The notes beneath the pieces were generated by a model, which worked only from the letters and a program-made list of their open reading frames with translations, was not told the DNA's origin and did not search any database. This document shows positions 45,503 through 55,438 of a stretch of 64,000 bases of DNA, in pieces. Position numbers and translations under genes: made by a program. The DNA lies in contig JAZDDX010000011.1 in NCBI GenBank assembly GCA_043809315.1, positions 50,498 to 114,497 on the forward strand. Reading direction: 5' to 3'. The first letter of the stretch is position 1; each line of letters begins with the position of its first letter. Source of the stretch: Pseudomonadota bacterium. Its GTDB lineage: Bacteria; Bdellovibrionota_G; JALEGL01; DATDPG01.

Positions 45503-45532
45503 TTGACAGGGGGTCGCCCAAACCGGTAGTAA
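45503..45532 (+). promoter_or_regulatory. Putative sigma70 promoter of the nuo cluster
   Basis: TTGACA (45503-45508), 18 bp, TAGTAA (45527-45532). Confidence 0.5.
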
Positions 45533-45554
45533 CACCTCAAAACTAAAGGGGAAA

Positions 45555-45926
45555 ATGCTGAACTCGTTCCTCCCAATCCTGCTCCTGCTGAGCGTCGCCA
45601 TGCTCTTCCCCGCGATTCTTCTGCTTGGGACCTCTCTCCTGGGGCCGCGGGTTCGGACGAAGCCGAAGCTCGAAGCGTATGAATGCGGCGTTCCGCCGGT
45701 CGGCACTCCCGAGAGCGGCTTGCCGGTGAAGTTCTATCGCGTCGCGCTTCTATTTCTTCTTCTGGATGTAGAAGCCGCGTTGCTTTTCCCTTGGGCCGTT
45801 CTGTTCCGGGAAATGATTCCGGACTGGGGGAGTTCGTTCCTGATGGCGGAGTTTCTGCTCTTCTTCGTCATCCTGGCCGTCGGGTATCTGTACGCCTGGA
45901 GGCGGGGGGCCTTGGAATGGGATTGA
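45555..45926 (+). CDS. nuoA: NADH-quinone oxidoreductase subunit A
   Basis: YECG, LLDVEAALLFPWA, WRRGALEW. Confidence 0.96.
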   Translation: MLNSFLPILLLLSVAMLFPAILLLGTSLLGPRVRTKPKLEAYECGVPPVGTPESGLPVKFYRVALLFLLLDVEAALLFPWAVLFREMIPDWGSSFLMAEFLLFFVILAVGYLYAWRRGALEWD

Positions 45927-46390
45927 ACGTCGACCTTCTTCGCACGATCCTCGGGCCGCGGATCGTCGATGGCGGCCTGTCGCATTCGGATCCCTGGATC
46001 CAGGTGCGCGGCGAGGATCTTCTCTGGGTGACCGAACAGCTTCGCAATCACTCCGAACTCCGGTTTGATCTGTTTATCGATCTATGCGGCGTCGACTATC
46101 TCGGCCGCACCCCCCGGTTCGAGACGGTGATCCATCTCGCGTCCACGGCGAACGGCCACCGCCTTCGGATCCGTTGTCTCGTTCCCGATGACAGCTTGGC
46201 CGTTCCCTCGCTCACCCGGTTCTGGCGCGGTGCGAACTGGCACGAGCGGGAGGCGTTCGACATGTATGGGATCCGCTTCAAGGGACATCCCAATCTGGAA
46301 CGGATCTTAAATCCCCCCGGGACGGAGGAGTATCCGCAGAGAAAAGACTATCCGTTGCGGGGTCCCCGCGATCGGAAGGAGGAGGCGTGA
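45917..46390 (+). CDS. nuoC: NADH-quinone oxidoreductase subunit C
   Basis: DLCGVDY, ANWHEREAFDMYGIRFKGHPNLERIL, RKDYPL; start trimmed to ATG 45917. Confidence 0.93.
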   Translation: MGLNVDLLRTILGPRIVDGGLSHSDPWIQVRGEDLLWVTEQLRNHSELRFDLFIDLCGVDYLGRTPRFETVIHLASTANGHRLRIRCLVPDDSLAVPSLTRFWRGANWHEREAFDMYGIRFKGHPNLERILNPPGTEEYPQRKDYPLRGPRDRKEEA

Positions 46391-46881
46391 GCGTCTCATT
46401 CACACCGGCCGCGGAACGGCGCTTCGAGGAGATCGTCGCACGCTATCCGAAGCGGGATGCCGCTCTCCTGCCGGTGCTTTGGCTGGCTCAGGAGGAGTTC
46501 GGGCATCTGTCTCTGGAGGTACGGGAGTTGGTCGCCGAGAAGATCGGGGTCTCCTTGGCCAGGGTCGAAAGTGTCGTCTCTTTCTACACGCTCTATACGA
46601 TGAAGAAGGCGGGAAAACATCACATTCAGGTCTGCCGGAACATCTCGTGCACTCTTCGAGGGAGCGACGAACTCTTGTCGTGTCTCGGGCGCGAGCTCAA
46701 CGTCGCTCCGGGAGAGGTGACGTCGGACGGGGCGTTGTCGTACAGCGCGGTCGAGTGCCTGGCGGCCTGTGGCGGGGCGCCGGCGATCAAAGTGGACGGG
46801 GATTATTACGAAAACACATCCCCATCCGATCTGAAACGGCTGGTCGCGCGATTGAGAGGATCCGGTGGAGAAGATCGTTAG
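46387..46881 (+). CDS. nuoE: NADH-quinone oxidoreductase subunit E
   Basis: VCRNISC...ECLAACGGAP 2Fe-2S ligands. Confidence 0.95.
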   Translation: MSVSFTPAAERRFEEIVARYPKRDAALLPVLWLAQEEFGHLSLEVRELVAEKIGVSLARVESVVSFYTLYTMKKAGKHHIQVCRNISCTLRGSDELLSCLGRELNVAPGEVTSDGALSYSAVECLAACGGAPAIKVDGDYYENTSPSDLKRLVARLRGSGGEDR

Positions 46882-48142
46882 CCGCCGGTTCGGCCATCCC
46901 GAGATGCGCCTTCTCGAGAACTTCGAGAAGGACGGCGGGTATTCCGGTCTCCGGGAGGCTCTCCGGATGGATTCCGCGGAAGTCGTGCGCGTGGTGAAAG
47001 AGTCGGGGCTTCGTGGACGCGGGGGCGCCGGGTTCCCCACGGGACAGAAGTGGTCGTTCATCCCAAAGCAGAGCGGAAAAACGGTCTACTTGTGTGTCAA
47101 CGCGGACGAAGGGGAGCCGGGGACGTTCAAGGACCGCGAGATCCTCCGGTGGGATCCGCACCTTCTGATCGAGGGGACCGCCATCGCCGCGTATGCGATC
47201 GGATGCAAGACCGCCTACGTCTACGTCCGGGGGGAGTTCGTGCAGGAGGGGCAGATTCTGGAGGAGGCGATCGAGGAGGCGCGCCGAAACCGGATTCTGG
47301 GACGTGGGATCCTCGGATCCGACTTCTCTCTCGACATTTACGTCCACCGCGGGGCGGGGGCCTACATCTGCGGGGAAGAGACGTCGTTGCTCAACTCGAT
47401 CGAGGGGAAGCGCGGATACCCGAGGATCAAGCCGCCGTTCCCGGCGGTCGAGGGACTTTTCGGATGTCCCACGATCATCAATAACGTCGAAACTCTCGCG
47501 AACCTCCCGGCCATCCTCAAGCACGGGGCGGCGCGGTACCGAAAAATCGGAACGGAAAAGTCACCGGGAACCCGCCTTTTCTCCGTGAGCGGGCAGATCC
47601 AACGCCCCGGAGTCTACGAGCTGCCGATGGACATCCTCCTCATGGAACTGATCACGGAGCATGCCGGAGGTCTCCGACCCGGACGTCGGCTGAAAGCGGT
47701 GATTCCGGGAGGGGTTTCCTGTCCGGTACTGCGCGCGGACGAATGTGACGTCACGATGGATTTTGAAGCGCTTGCCGCCCGGGGGACGATGGCCGGTTCC
47801 GGGGGAGTGATCGTTCTGGACGACAGCGCGTGCATTGTGAAAATGCTGCGCGTGATCTGTGACTTCTACGCACACGAGTCGTGCGGACAATGTACCCCTT
47901 GCCGGGAGGGAACCGAGTGGATCGCCAAGATCGTCCGGAAGCTCGAGACGGGAGAGGGGAGCCGGAACGATCTCGATCTCCTGCTGGACATCACGGACAA
48001 CATGAAAGGGAAGACGGTCTGTGTTTTTGCCGACGCCGCGGCGGCTCCGGTCGAGAGTTTCCTCAAGAAGTTCCGGGAGGAGTTCGAACAACACTTGACC
48101 GACAAGCGGTGCCGGTTGGGAGGGGATCATGCTTCTCTTTGA
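46865..48142 (+). CDS. nuoF: NADH-quinone oxidoreductase subunit F
   Basis: GRGGAGFPTG, NADEGEPGTFKDR, GAGAYICGEET, ESCGQCTPCREG. Confidence 0.98.
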   Translation: MEKIVSRRFGHPEMRLLENFEKDGGYSGLREALRMDSAEVVRVVKESGLRGRGGAGFPTGQKWSFIPKQSGKTVYLCVNADEGEPGTFKDREILRWDPHLLIEGTAIAAYAIGCKTAYVYVRGEFVQEGQILEEAIEEARRNRILGRGILGSDFSLDIYVHRGAGAYICGEETSLLNSIEGKRGYPRIKPPFPAVEGLFGCPTIINNVETLANLPAILKHGAARYRKIGTEKSPGTRLFSVSGQIQRPGVYELPMDILLMELITEHAGGLRPGRRLKAVIPGGVSCPVLRADECDVTMDFEALAARGTMAGSGGVIVLDDSACIVKMLRVICDFYAHESCGQCTPCREGTEWIAKIVRKLETGEGSRNDLDLLLDITDNMKGKTVCVFADAAAAPVESFLKKFREEFEQHLTDKRCRLGGDHASL

Positions 48143-49187
48143 CACCGGCTGGATCGGAGCATCTCTGCGGATTCTCCTCGCGCTCGTGATCGTTTTCGGC
48201 TTTTTCGTCTACGTGCTGATCTACGCGGAGCGGCGGGTGTGCGCCTTTATCCAGGACCGCCTGGGGCCGAACCGGGTCGGGCCGTTCGGGCTCCTGCAGG
48301 GGCTGGCCGACGCGGTGAAGTTCCTCTTCAAGGAGGAGGTCCGTCCGGCGGACGCCCATCCGTTTTTATTTTTCCTCGCGCCGGCGCTCGCAATCTTTCC
48401 GGCGGTGCTGGCGTTCGCCGTCGTGCCGTTCGGAGCACGGCGGATCGACGGCGTCCTGACGCCTCTGGCGGTGGCGAATCCCGATGTCGGGATCCTGTTC
48501 GTTCTGGCGATCGCCTCACTCAGCGTTTTCTCGATCCTTCTCGCCGGGTGGGCCTCCCGGAGCAAATACCCCACCCTCGGAGGATTGCGGGCGGCGGCGC
48601 AGCTGATCAGCTACGAAGTGCCGCTCGGAATCACCGTGTTAACCGTTCTTCTCCTGGCCGGGTCGGCCCGATTGTCCGAGATCGTTGCGGCCCAGGAGGT
48701 TCACGGCTGGTTCTTCATCCTGGCCCCGGTCGCCTGTGTCATCTTCCTGGCCTCGATGTTCGCGGAGACGAACCGGCTTCCGTTCGATCTGCCCGAAGGA
48801 GAGGCGGAGATCATCGGGTACCACGCCGAATACTCGAGCATGAAGTTCGCGATGTTCTTCATGGCGGAGTACGCAAACATGGTGACGGTCTCGAGCCTTG
48901 CGGTCCTTCTTTTCTTCGGGGGGTGGGAGTTTCTCCCGTACTACGGGTGGGACCGCGTCTCGGCCAATTTAGGGATCGACCTGTACGGGGACCCCTGGCT
49001 CTGGATCGTTCCGACGCTCTGGTTCTTTTCGAAGGTGACCGCGTTTCTTTTCTTCTTCATCTGGGTGCGATGGACCCTGCCGAGGATTCGGTACGACCAG
49101 CTGATGGTGCTCGGCTGGAAACGATTGATCCCGTTGAGTGCGATCAGCTTGGCGCTGACGGCGTGGATCGTGGCGGTGGGGATGTAG
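48129..49187 (+). CDS. nuoH: NADH-quinone oxidoreductase subunit H
   Basis: QDRLGPNRVGPFG, AETNRLPFDLPE, RWTLPRIRYDQLM. Confidence 0.97.
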   Translation: MLLFDTGWIGASLRILLALVIVFGFFVYVLIYAERRVCAFIQDRLGPNRVGPFGLLQGLADAVKFLFKEEVRPADAHPFLFFLAPALAIFPAVLAFAVVPFGARRIDGVLTPLAVANPDVGILFVLAIASLSVFSILLAGWASRSKYPTLGGLRAAAQLISYEVPLGITVLTVLLLAGSARLSEIVAAQEVHGWFFILAPVACVIFLASMFAETNRLPFDLPEGEAEIIGYHAEYSSMKFAMFFMAEYANMVTVSSLAVLLFFGGWEFLPYYGWDRVSANLGIDLYGDPWLWIVPTLWFFSKVTAFLFFFIWVRWTLPRIRYDQLMVLGWKRLIPLSAISLALTAWIVAVGM

Positions 49188-49188
49188 C

Positions 49189-49698
49189 ATGGCGTCCGCT
49201 CTCTTCTACTTTTTCGCGTTCTTCGCGGTTCTCTTTTCGGTGATGGTCGTCACGCTCGCCCATCCCGTCCCTGCGGCACTCTCGCTCGTGGCGAGTTTTT
49301 TTTGCGCTTCGGCCCTCTTCGTTCTCCTGAACGCGCCGTTCCTGGGAGTCATCCAGATCCTGATCTACGTAGGGGCGATCGTTGTCCTGTTCCTGTACGT
49401 CTTCATGCTGTTGGATCTTCGGGCGGAGGGGCGATCGGTCGGGCTGATCGGCCGGCTCAACCGGACGATCGCGCTCGGAGTACTTCCCGTCGCCGTGGCG
49501 TTCCTTCTCCCGTCGCTCGATCTTCCGGGGGGATCGGCGGCCGTCGTGGAGGGGGAGAAGTTCGGGTCCCTCGCTTCGGTGGGAAGAGCGCTTCTCGGTC
49601 CGTATGCGCTGGTCTTCGAGTTGATCTCCCTGGTCCTTCTCGCGGCGATGATCGGCGCCGTCGTTCTGGGGCATCGGGGAAAGGAGGAGTCGCGGTGA
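49189..49698 (+). CDS. nuoJ: NADH-quinone oxidoreductase subunit J
   Basis: QILIYVGAIVVLFLYVFML, FELISLVLL. Confidence 0.95.
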   Translation: MASALFYFFAFFAVLFSVMVVTLAHPVPAALSLVASFFCASALFVLLNAPFLGVIQILIYVGAIVVLFLYVFMLLDLRAEGRSVGLIGRLNRTIALGVLPVAVAFLLPSLDLPGGSAAVVEGEKFGSLASVGRALLGPYALVFELISLVLLAAMIGAVVLGHRGKEESR

Positions 49699-50000
49699 TC
49701 GTCCCGATCTCTCATGTGGTGATCTTGAGCCTCCTTCTCTTCGGGATCGGCGTCGTCGGGATCTTCACCCGGCGGGATGCGATCTCGGTCTTTCTGTCGG
49801 TCGAGATCCTGTTGAACGCCGCCAACGTCGCGTTCATCGGGTTCGCCCGGTATCTCGGGGACGAAACGGGACAAGTCGCGGCGTTTCTCGTGATCACCGT
49901 CGCGGCGGCGGAGGCGGCGATCGGGCTGGCGATCGTGATTCGGCTCCAGGTCGAGCAAGGGAAACTCAGCTTGAAGGGGATCCGCTCTCTGCGGGAATAG
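49695..50000 (+). CDS. nuoK: NADH-quinone oxidoreductase subunit K
   Basis: SVEILLNAAN, VAAAEAAIGLAI; GTG 49695 after AGGAGG. Confidence 0.95.
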   Translation: MIVPISHVVILSLLLFGIGVVGIFTRRDAISVFLSVEILLNAANVAFIGFARYLGDETGQVAAFLVITVAAAEAAIGLAIVIRLQVEQGKLSLKGIRSLRE

Positions 50001-50001
50001 C

Positions 50002-51894
50002 GTGGAATCAACGGCGGCATGGATGGTCCTCTTCCCCTTCCTGGGGAGTTTCATCAACGGGACGATCGCGTTGTTCCGCGGCGGTCAAGGGCGGAGGTGG
50101 GCCGATTCCGTAGCCTGTGGCGCGATCTTTCTCTCGTTTTTGAACGCGGGGCGCCTGGCCTCCCCGCACCTCCGCGTCGTCGGGGAAGCGGCCACCTCCG
50201 TCGATCTCGGGTCGTGGATTGCGGCGGCCGGGATCACCCTCCCGTTCGCCCTCCGGGTGGATGCGCTCTCGTCGATCATGGCTCTGGTCGTCACGGGGGT
50301 CAGCGTTCTGATCCACGTTTACTCGGTCGGGTACATGGCGCACGATCCCGGGCGGACCCGCTACTTCGCGTACCTGAACCTCTTCTGCGGGTTCATGCTT
50401 CTGCTGGTGACCGGCGCGTCTCTGCCGGTTCTCTTCATCGGATGGGAAGGGGTGGGGCTCTCAAGTTATCTGTTGATCGGCTTCTGGTACTCGGATCTCG
50501 AAAAAGCCAGAGCCGGGCGGAAGGCGTTCGTCGTCAACCGGATCGGGGACGCCGGATTCTTGCTCGGGATGTTTCTCCTCTACAAGACGTGCGGCACGCT
50601 CGACATCGCGGAGCTCGCCTCGGGGCAGGCCTTGGCTGGAGCAGGACAAGGGGTGATCGAGGCGATCGCGCTTCTTCTCTTCGTCGGATGCGTCGGGAAA
50701 TCGGCGCAATTCCCGCTCTACATCTGGTTGCCGGACGCCATGGCCGGTCCGACACCGGTCTCGGCTCTCATCCATGCCGCGACGATGGTGACCGCCGGCG
50801 TCTATCTCCTGGCGCGGCTCTATTTCCTGTATGCCCTCGCGCCGTTCGCACGGGAAGTGGTTGCGTTCACGGGGGTTCTGACCGCCCTTCTGGCCGCGCT
50901 GTTCGCTCTCGCGCAACGGGACATCAAGAAAGTCCTCGCCTTCTCGACGGTGAGCCAGCTCGGATTCATGGTGTTGGCGATGGGACTCGGTGCGTACGGG
51001 AGCGGGATCTTCCATCTGACGACCCACGCGTATTTCAAAGCGCTCCTGTTCCTGGGTGCCGGTTCGGTCATTCATGCACTGGAAGGGGAACAGGACATCC
51101 GGAAGATGGGGGGGCTCAAGAATTACATCGTCGGGACGACTCTCACGTTCTTCGCCGGATACATCGCGATCATCGGCGTCTGGCCGTTTGCGGGAGCGAT
51201 GAGCAAGGATGCGATTCTGTACGCTGCCTACACCTCCGGCTCTCCGCTTCTTTTCTGGCCGGCGATCGTGGCTTCCCTTTTGACGGCGGTCTACATGACC
51301 CGACTGTTCTGTCTCGTATTCTTGGGGCCTGCGAGGACGGCCCACGGTCCGCACCGGAATCCGCACGAGTCCCCCCGGATCATGCTGATCCCGATGGGGA
51401 TCCTTGCGATCTTCTCGCTTCTGGGAGGGATGACGCCGTTTTCTTTTTATGGAGTTTTGCGGGACGTGTTCCCGGTCGCGCGGGAGGTCGCTCCGGAGGC
51501 CGGTTTGATGAGCGAAGCCGGGTTCAGTCTCTGGATCACCGTCGGGGTTTTGGCGGTTTCGGTCACTTCTTGGGTCATTTATGTCAAGCATCTGGCGCGT
51601 TTGAAGGAGATCACACGGAGCTGGATTCCGCTTGCGGAGAGCCTGGAGCGACAAATCGGGGTCGATGAGATCTTCGTGTTCTTGGGAAGAGGGATCTCCC
51701 TTTCGATCTCCCGTCTCGTCCGCCTCTTCGACACGTACGTGATCGACGCCGCGGTCGAGAGGATTGGAACGATCGCAACCGGCGCAGCCGGGGCGGTCGC
51801 GAGGATCCAGAACGGGCGGATCCAGTCGTACGCCTGGGTCTTCGTCTCCGGCGCGGCGGTCATCGTTTGGTTCGTTCTGCGGGTGGCGCGATGA
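50002..51894 (+). CDS. nuoL: NADH-quinone oxidoreductase subunit L
   Basis: WEGVGL.SY, GKSAQFPL..WLPDAMAGPTPVSALIHAATMV. Confidence 0.97.
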   Translation: MESTAAWMVLFPFLGSFINGTIALFRGGQGRRWADSVACGAIFLSFLNAGRLASPHLRVVGEAATSVDLGSWIAAAGITLPFALRVDALSSIMALVVTGVSVLIHVYSVGYMAHDPGRTRYFAYLNLFCGFMLLLVTGASLPVLFIGWEGVGLSSYLLIGFWYSDLEKARAGRKAFVVNRIGDAGFLLGMFLLYKTCGTLDIAELASGQALAGAGQGVIEAIALLLFVGCVGKSAQFPLYIWLPDAMAGPTPVSALIHAATMVTAGVYLLARLYFLYALAPFAREVVAFTGVLTALLAALFALAQRDIKKVLAFSTVSQLGFMVLAMGLGAYGSGIFHLTTHAYFKALLFLGAGSVIHALEGEQDIRKMGGLKNYIVGTTLTFFAGYIAIIGVWPFAGAMSKDAILYAAYTSGSPLLFWPAIVASLLTAVYMTRLFCLVFLGPARTAHGPHRNPHESPRIMLIPMGILAIFSLLGGMTPFSFYGVLRDVFPVAREVAPEAGLMSEAGFSLWITVGVLAVSVTSWVIYVKHLARLKEITRSWIPLAESLERQIGVDEIFVFLGRGISLSISRLVRLFDTYVIDAAVERIGTIATGAAGAVARIQNGRIQSYAWVFVSGAAVIVWFVLRVAR

Positions 51895-53403
51895 ACCGGA
51901 ACCTGCTCACCGGAACGATCTTCCTTCCGCTGATCTTCTCCCTCGTCGTCTCGCTCTTGCCGAAGCGGATGGAGCGGGCGATCTTCGTAACCGGCGGGAT
52001 CGGAATGGTGCTGGCCTGGCTGGCCTCTCTCCAGCTCTTTCTGGGGTTCGATGCCGGGGCGGGGGGGTTCCAGTTCCTTGAACGGCATGCCTGGATCCCG
52101 AGCTACGGGATCTCGTACGCAGTGGGGATCGACGGAATCAGCCTCGTTCTGATCGTTCTGACGACGACGCTTTCGGCATTAGCTCTGCTCGGGGCGTACG
52201 GGGCGATCCGGGAACGCGCGAAGGAGTTCGTCATCGCGATCCTCTTCCTGGAGACCGGGATGACCGGGACGTTCGCGGCTCTCGATCTCTTCCTCTTCTA
52301 CGTGTTCTGGGAGGCGGTTCTCGTTCCGATGTATCTCATCATCGGCGTCTGGGGGGGGCCCCGGCGGATTCACGCCACGCTCAAGTTCTTCCTCTACACG
52401 ATGGCAGGCTCGGTCCTGATGCTCATCGGCATCCTCGCGCTCTATTCGTTTCACAAGGACCAGTTCGGCGCGATCAGCTCGTGGATCCCCGATCTGTATC
52501 GTTTGAAGCTCCCGTTGGAGACTCAGGTGATCTTTTTCGTCCTTTTCGCGTTGGCGTTCGCGATCAAGATCCCCCTTTTTCCGTTCCACACATGGCTCCC
52601 GGATGCGCACGTGGAAGCTCCCACAGCCGGGTCCGTTCTTCTGGCCGCGATCCTTCTCAAAATGGGAGGGTACGGGTTCCTTCGCCTGGCGCTCCCTCTC
52701 TTCCCGGCGGCGGCCGTTGCAGCCGCGCCGTTCCTGGGTTTTCTGGGGACCGTGGGGATCGTATACGGCGCCTTGGCGGCTTGGGCCCAGGAAGACGTGA
52801 AAAAGTTGGTCGCCTACTCGAGCGTCGGTCACATGGGGTTCGTCGTCCTGGGGATCGCGTCGCTCAATCCGGCGGCGATTTCGGGGGCCGTGTTTCAGAT
52901 GGTGGCCCACGGCGTGTCGACCGGGGCGTTGTTTCTCCTGGTCGGGCTCCTCTACGAACGCCGGCACACCCGGATGATCGGAGACTTTGGGGGGGCTGGC
53001 GAAGGTGACGCCCCGTTTGAGCGCTGCCTTTCTCGTCATCACGCTGGCGTCGATCGGTCTCCCGGGGCTTTGCGGCTTTGTCGGGGAGTTCCTCGTCCTG
53101 AACGGATCTTTTTCGGCGAGCGGGCTCGGGTTCCCGGTGGTTCTCGTTTCGGTATCGATCCTCGGGATCATCCTGGGCGCCGTGTACATGCTCTCGATGT
53201 ATGAACGGATCTTCCTGGGCGAAGTCCGATTCGAGGAGAACCGGACGCTTCGGGATCTGAATCTCAAAGAGGGAATCCTTCTCCTCGTTCCCGTCCTTCT
53301 CGCGATCTGGCTCGGTCTCAAACCGGGGATCGTTCTGACCCCGATCGAACTTTCCGTTTCGGAACTGGGGAAGGTGGTCGCGACCGGGAGTCGCGCGCCA
53401 TGA
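51891..53403 (+). CDS. nuoM: NADH-quinone oxidoreductase subunit M, split by a +1 G in a homopolymer (sequencing error or pseudogene)
   Basis: FYVFWE, PFHTWLPDAHVEAPT in the first ORF; continues as GGLAKVTP...IGLPGL.GFVGEF in another frame after G7 at 52989-52995. Confidence 0.92.
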
Positions 53404-54845
53404 GGAGCCTGACGGTATTCCTTGGGGATCTTTTCGTCCTGGCTCCGTACGGGATCCTTACGGCCGGAGCGCTTCTCCTGCTTCTCGGGGGGGCCCGAAG
53501 GCGAAGCGAGGGTTCCTCGGCGGCGGTCGTCGTGGCTATGATCTCCGCCGTCGGCGCGTCCGGCACTCTCATTCTTCTCACATGGATGGGGGGAGGGGAG
53601 AACCCCTTCCTCACGGCCGACCGAACCGGGTTCGGCTTTTCGATCGCGCTTCTGGCCCTGTTGATCCTCCTGATCCCGGTCCTTCCGATCCGCCCCCGGC
53701 GCTTTCGGACACAGCCGGGGACGGTCTTGAGTCTCCTCCTCTTGAGTACGAGCGGTGGTCTGCTGATGATCCAGGCGGATCACCTGCTGGCCTTCTTCGT
53801 CGGGCTCGAGCTCCTCTCGATCCCTCTCTACATCCTTTCCGGGCTCGGATCGGACTCGAAGAAGGGGACCGAAGCGGCGTTCAAATATTTCCTTCTCGGG
53901 GCGATCGCCTCGGCTTTCTTCGTCTACGGCATGGCTCTTCTCTGGGGAAGCCTTGGGACTCTCCGGATCTCGGAGATCTCCCGTGCCGTCTCAAGCGGGA
54001 CGGCCGGAAGCCCCGGTCTGGCGGTATTCGCATCGGTTCTTCTCTGGATCGGGGTCGCGTTCAAGGTGGGGTTCGCGCCGTTCCAGATGTGGCTTCCAGA
54101 CGTATATGAAGGCGCGCCGGCGACGCTGGTTTCCTGGATGGCCGGGGGGGTGAAAGCGGCGGCCTTGGTTGTCGCCCTTCGCTTGCTGGGAACGACCCCG
54201 ATCTTCCACACCCCCTCCTGGTCTCTCGTTTTGTCGGCGATCGCGGTTCTTTCGATGGTTTGGGGAAGCTTCGGAGCGCTCTATCAGAGGGATGCAAAGC
54301 GGATGCTCGGGTATTCGGCCATCGCTCATGCGGGGTATGTGATGCTCGCGCTGATCTGTGCCGCGGAAGGATCGTACTCGGAAGCGGCGATTTCGCTGGC
54401 CTTCTATGTCCTGACGTACGGGGTGGCGGGGCTGGCGGTCTTCCTCGTTCTTTCGCTGGAGGAAGAGGACGGCCGGACGGGAGTGGCCGACCTCGCCGGG
54501 CTTGCGTTGCGGCGACCGGCCCTGGCATTCGTTCTGGCTGTGGCTCTTTTTTCCCTCGCCGGGCTTCCGCCGCTCGGCGGCTTTATCGGGAAGTTCAACG
54601 TGTTCGTCCTGGCCGCCCGCCACGGGCACTACGCTCTTCTTCTGACGGCGGTCGCGACGAGCGTCATTTCGCTGGGATATTACTTGCGACTGGTCGTCGC
54701 GGCCTACATGGAAAAACCGGCATCCGCGACCGTTCTCTCGGTCGGATGGGCGACCGGCGCCACGCTGACGGTCGCCGTGCTTCTGACGTTCTTCCTGGGG
54801 GTCATGCCCGGGCCGGTCCTTTCGTTTCTCCTAGGGGGCCCGTGA
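53400..54845 (+). CDS. nuoN: NADH-quinone oxidoreductase subunit N
   Basis: EAAFKYFLLG, FKV..APFQMWLPDVYEGAP, SLAGLPPLGGFIGK. Confidence 0.96.
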   Translation: MRSLTVFLGDLFVLAPYGILTAGALLLLLGGARRRSEGSSAAVVVAMISAVGASGTLILLTWMGGGENPFLTADRTGFGFSIALLALLILLIPVLPIRPRRFRTQPGTVLSLLLLSTSGGLLMIQADHLLAFFVGLELLSIPLYILSGLGSDSKKGTEAAFKYFLLGAIASAFFVYGMALLWGSLGTLRISEISRAVSSGTAGSPGLAVFASVLLWIGVAFKVGFAPFQMWLPDVYEGAPATLVSWMAGGVKAAALVVALRLLGTTPIFHTPSWSLVLSAIAVLSMVWGSFGALYQRDAKRMLGYSAIAHAGYVMLALICAAEGSYSEAAISLAFYVLTYGVAGLAVFLVLSLEEEDGRTGVADLAGLALRRPALAFVLAVALFSLAGLPPLGGFIGKFNVFVLAARHGHYALLLTAVATSVISLGYYLRLVVAAYMEKPASATVLSVGWATGATLTVAVLLTFFLGVMPGPVLSFLLGGP

Positions 54846-55438
54846 CCTCACTCCTGGCGGTTTTCGTGTCGGGGAGCGGGACGAACCTTCAGGCGATCAT
54901 CGATGCCGTTCAAGGGGGTTCCCTTCCGGCCGAGGTTCGTGTCGTGATCTCGGACAAGAAAGAGGCGTACGGGCTGGAGAGGGCGAGGCTCGCCGGGATC
55001 GAAGCGCTTGCCATCTCCCCCAAAGAGTTCCCGAGCCGTGAGAAATTTGATTCCACGCTCCTGAAGGCGGTCCAGGAGCGAAAGATCGATTGGGTGATTC
55101 TGGCCGGCTTCATGAGGATCTTGACCCCCGCCTTCCTCCGACCCCTCGTTGGTCGTGTGATCAACATTCATCCGGCGCTCTTGCCGAACTACCCGGGGAC
55201 CCACGCCATTGAACGCGCTTTCGCGGCGGGGGAGAGGGAGGTCGGCGTCACGGTTCACTTCGTCGACGAAGGGGTCGACACCGGCCCGATCATCGCGCAG
55301 GAAAAACTTGCGGTTCGGGCCGGGGAATCGCTAGATGAGTTGACGGAGCGGATTCATGCGCTGGAACATCGCCTCTACCCCGGGGCGATTCGGGAGTTGG
55401 TGAAGGGGAAGGTTTCCGTCAAAGGAGCAACACGGTGA
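54842..55438 (+). CDS. purN: Phosphoribosylglycinamide formyltransferase
   Basis: SGSGTNLQA, LAGFMRIL, NIHPALLP, VDEGVDTGPII; GTG overlaps the nuoN stop. Confidence 0.96.
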   Translation: MTSLLAVFVSGSGTNLQAIIDAVQGGSLPAEVRVVISDKKEAYGLERARLAGIEALAISPKEFPSREKFDSTLLKAVQERKIDWVILAGFMRILTPAFLRPLVGRVINIHPALLPNYPGTHAIERAFAAGEREVGVTVHFVDEGVDTGPIIAQEKLAVRAGESLDELTERIHALEHRLYPGAIRELVKGKVSVKGATR

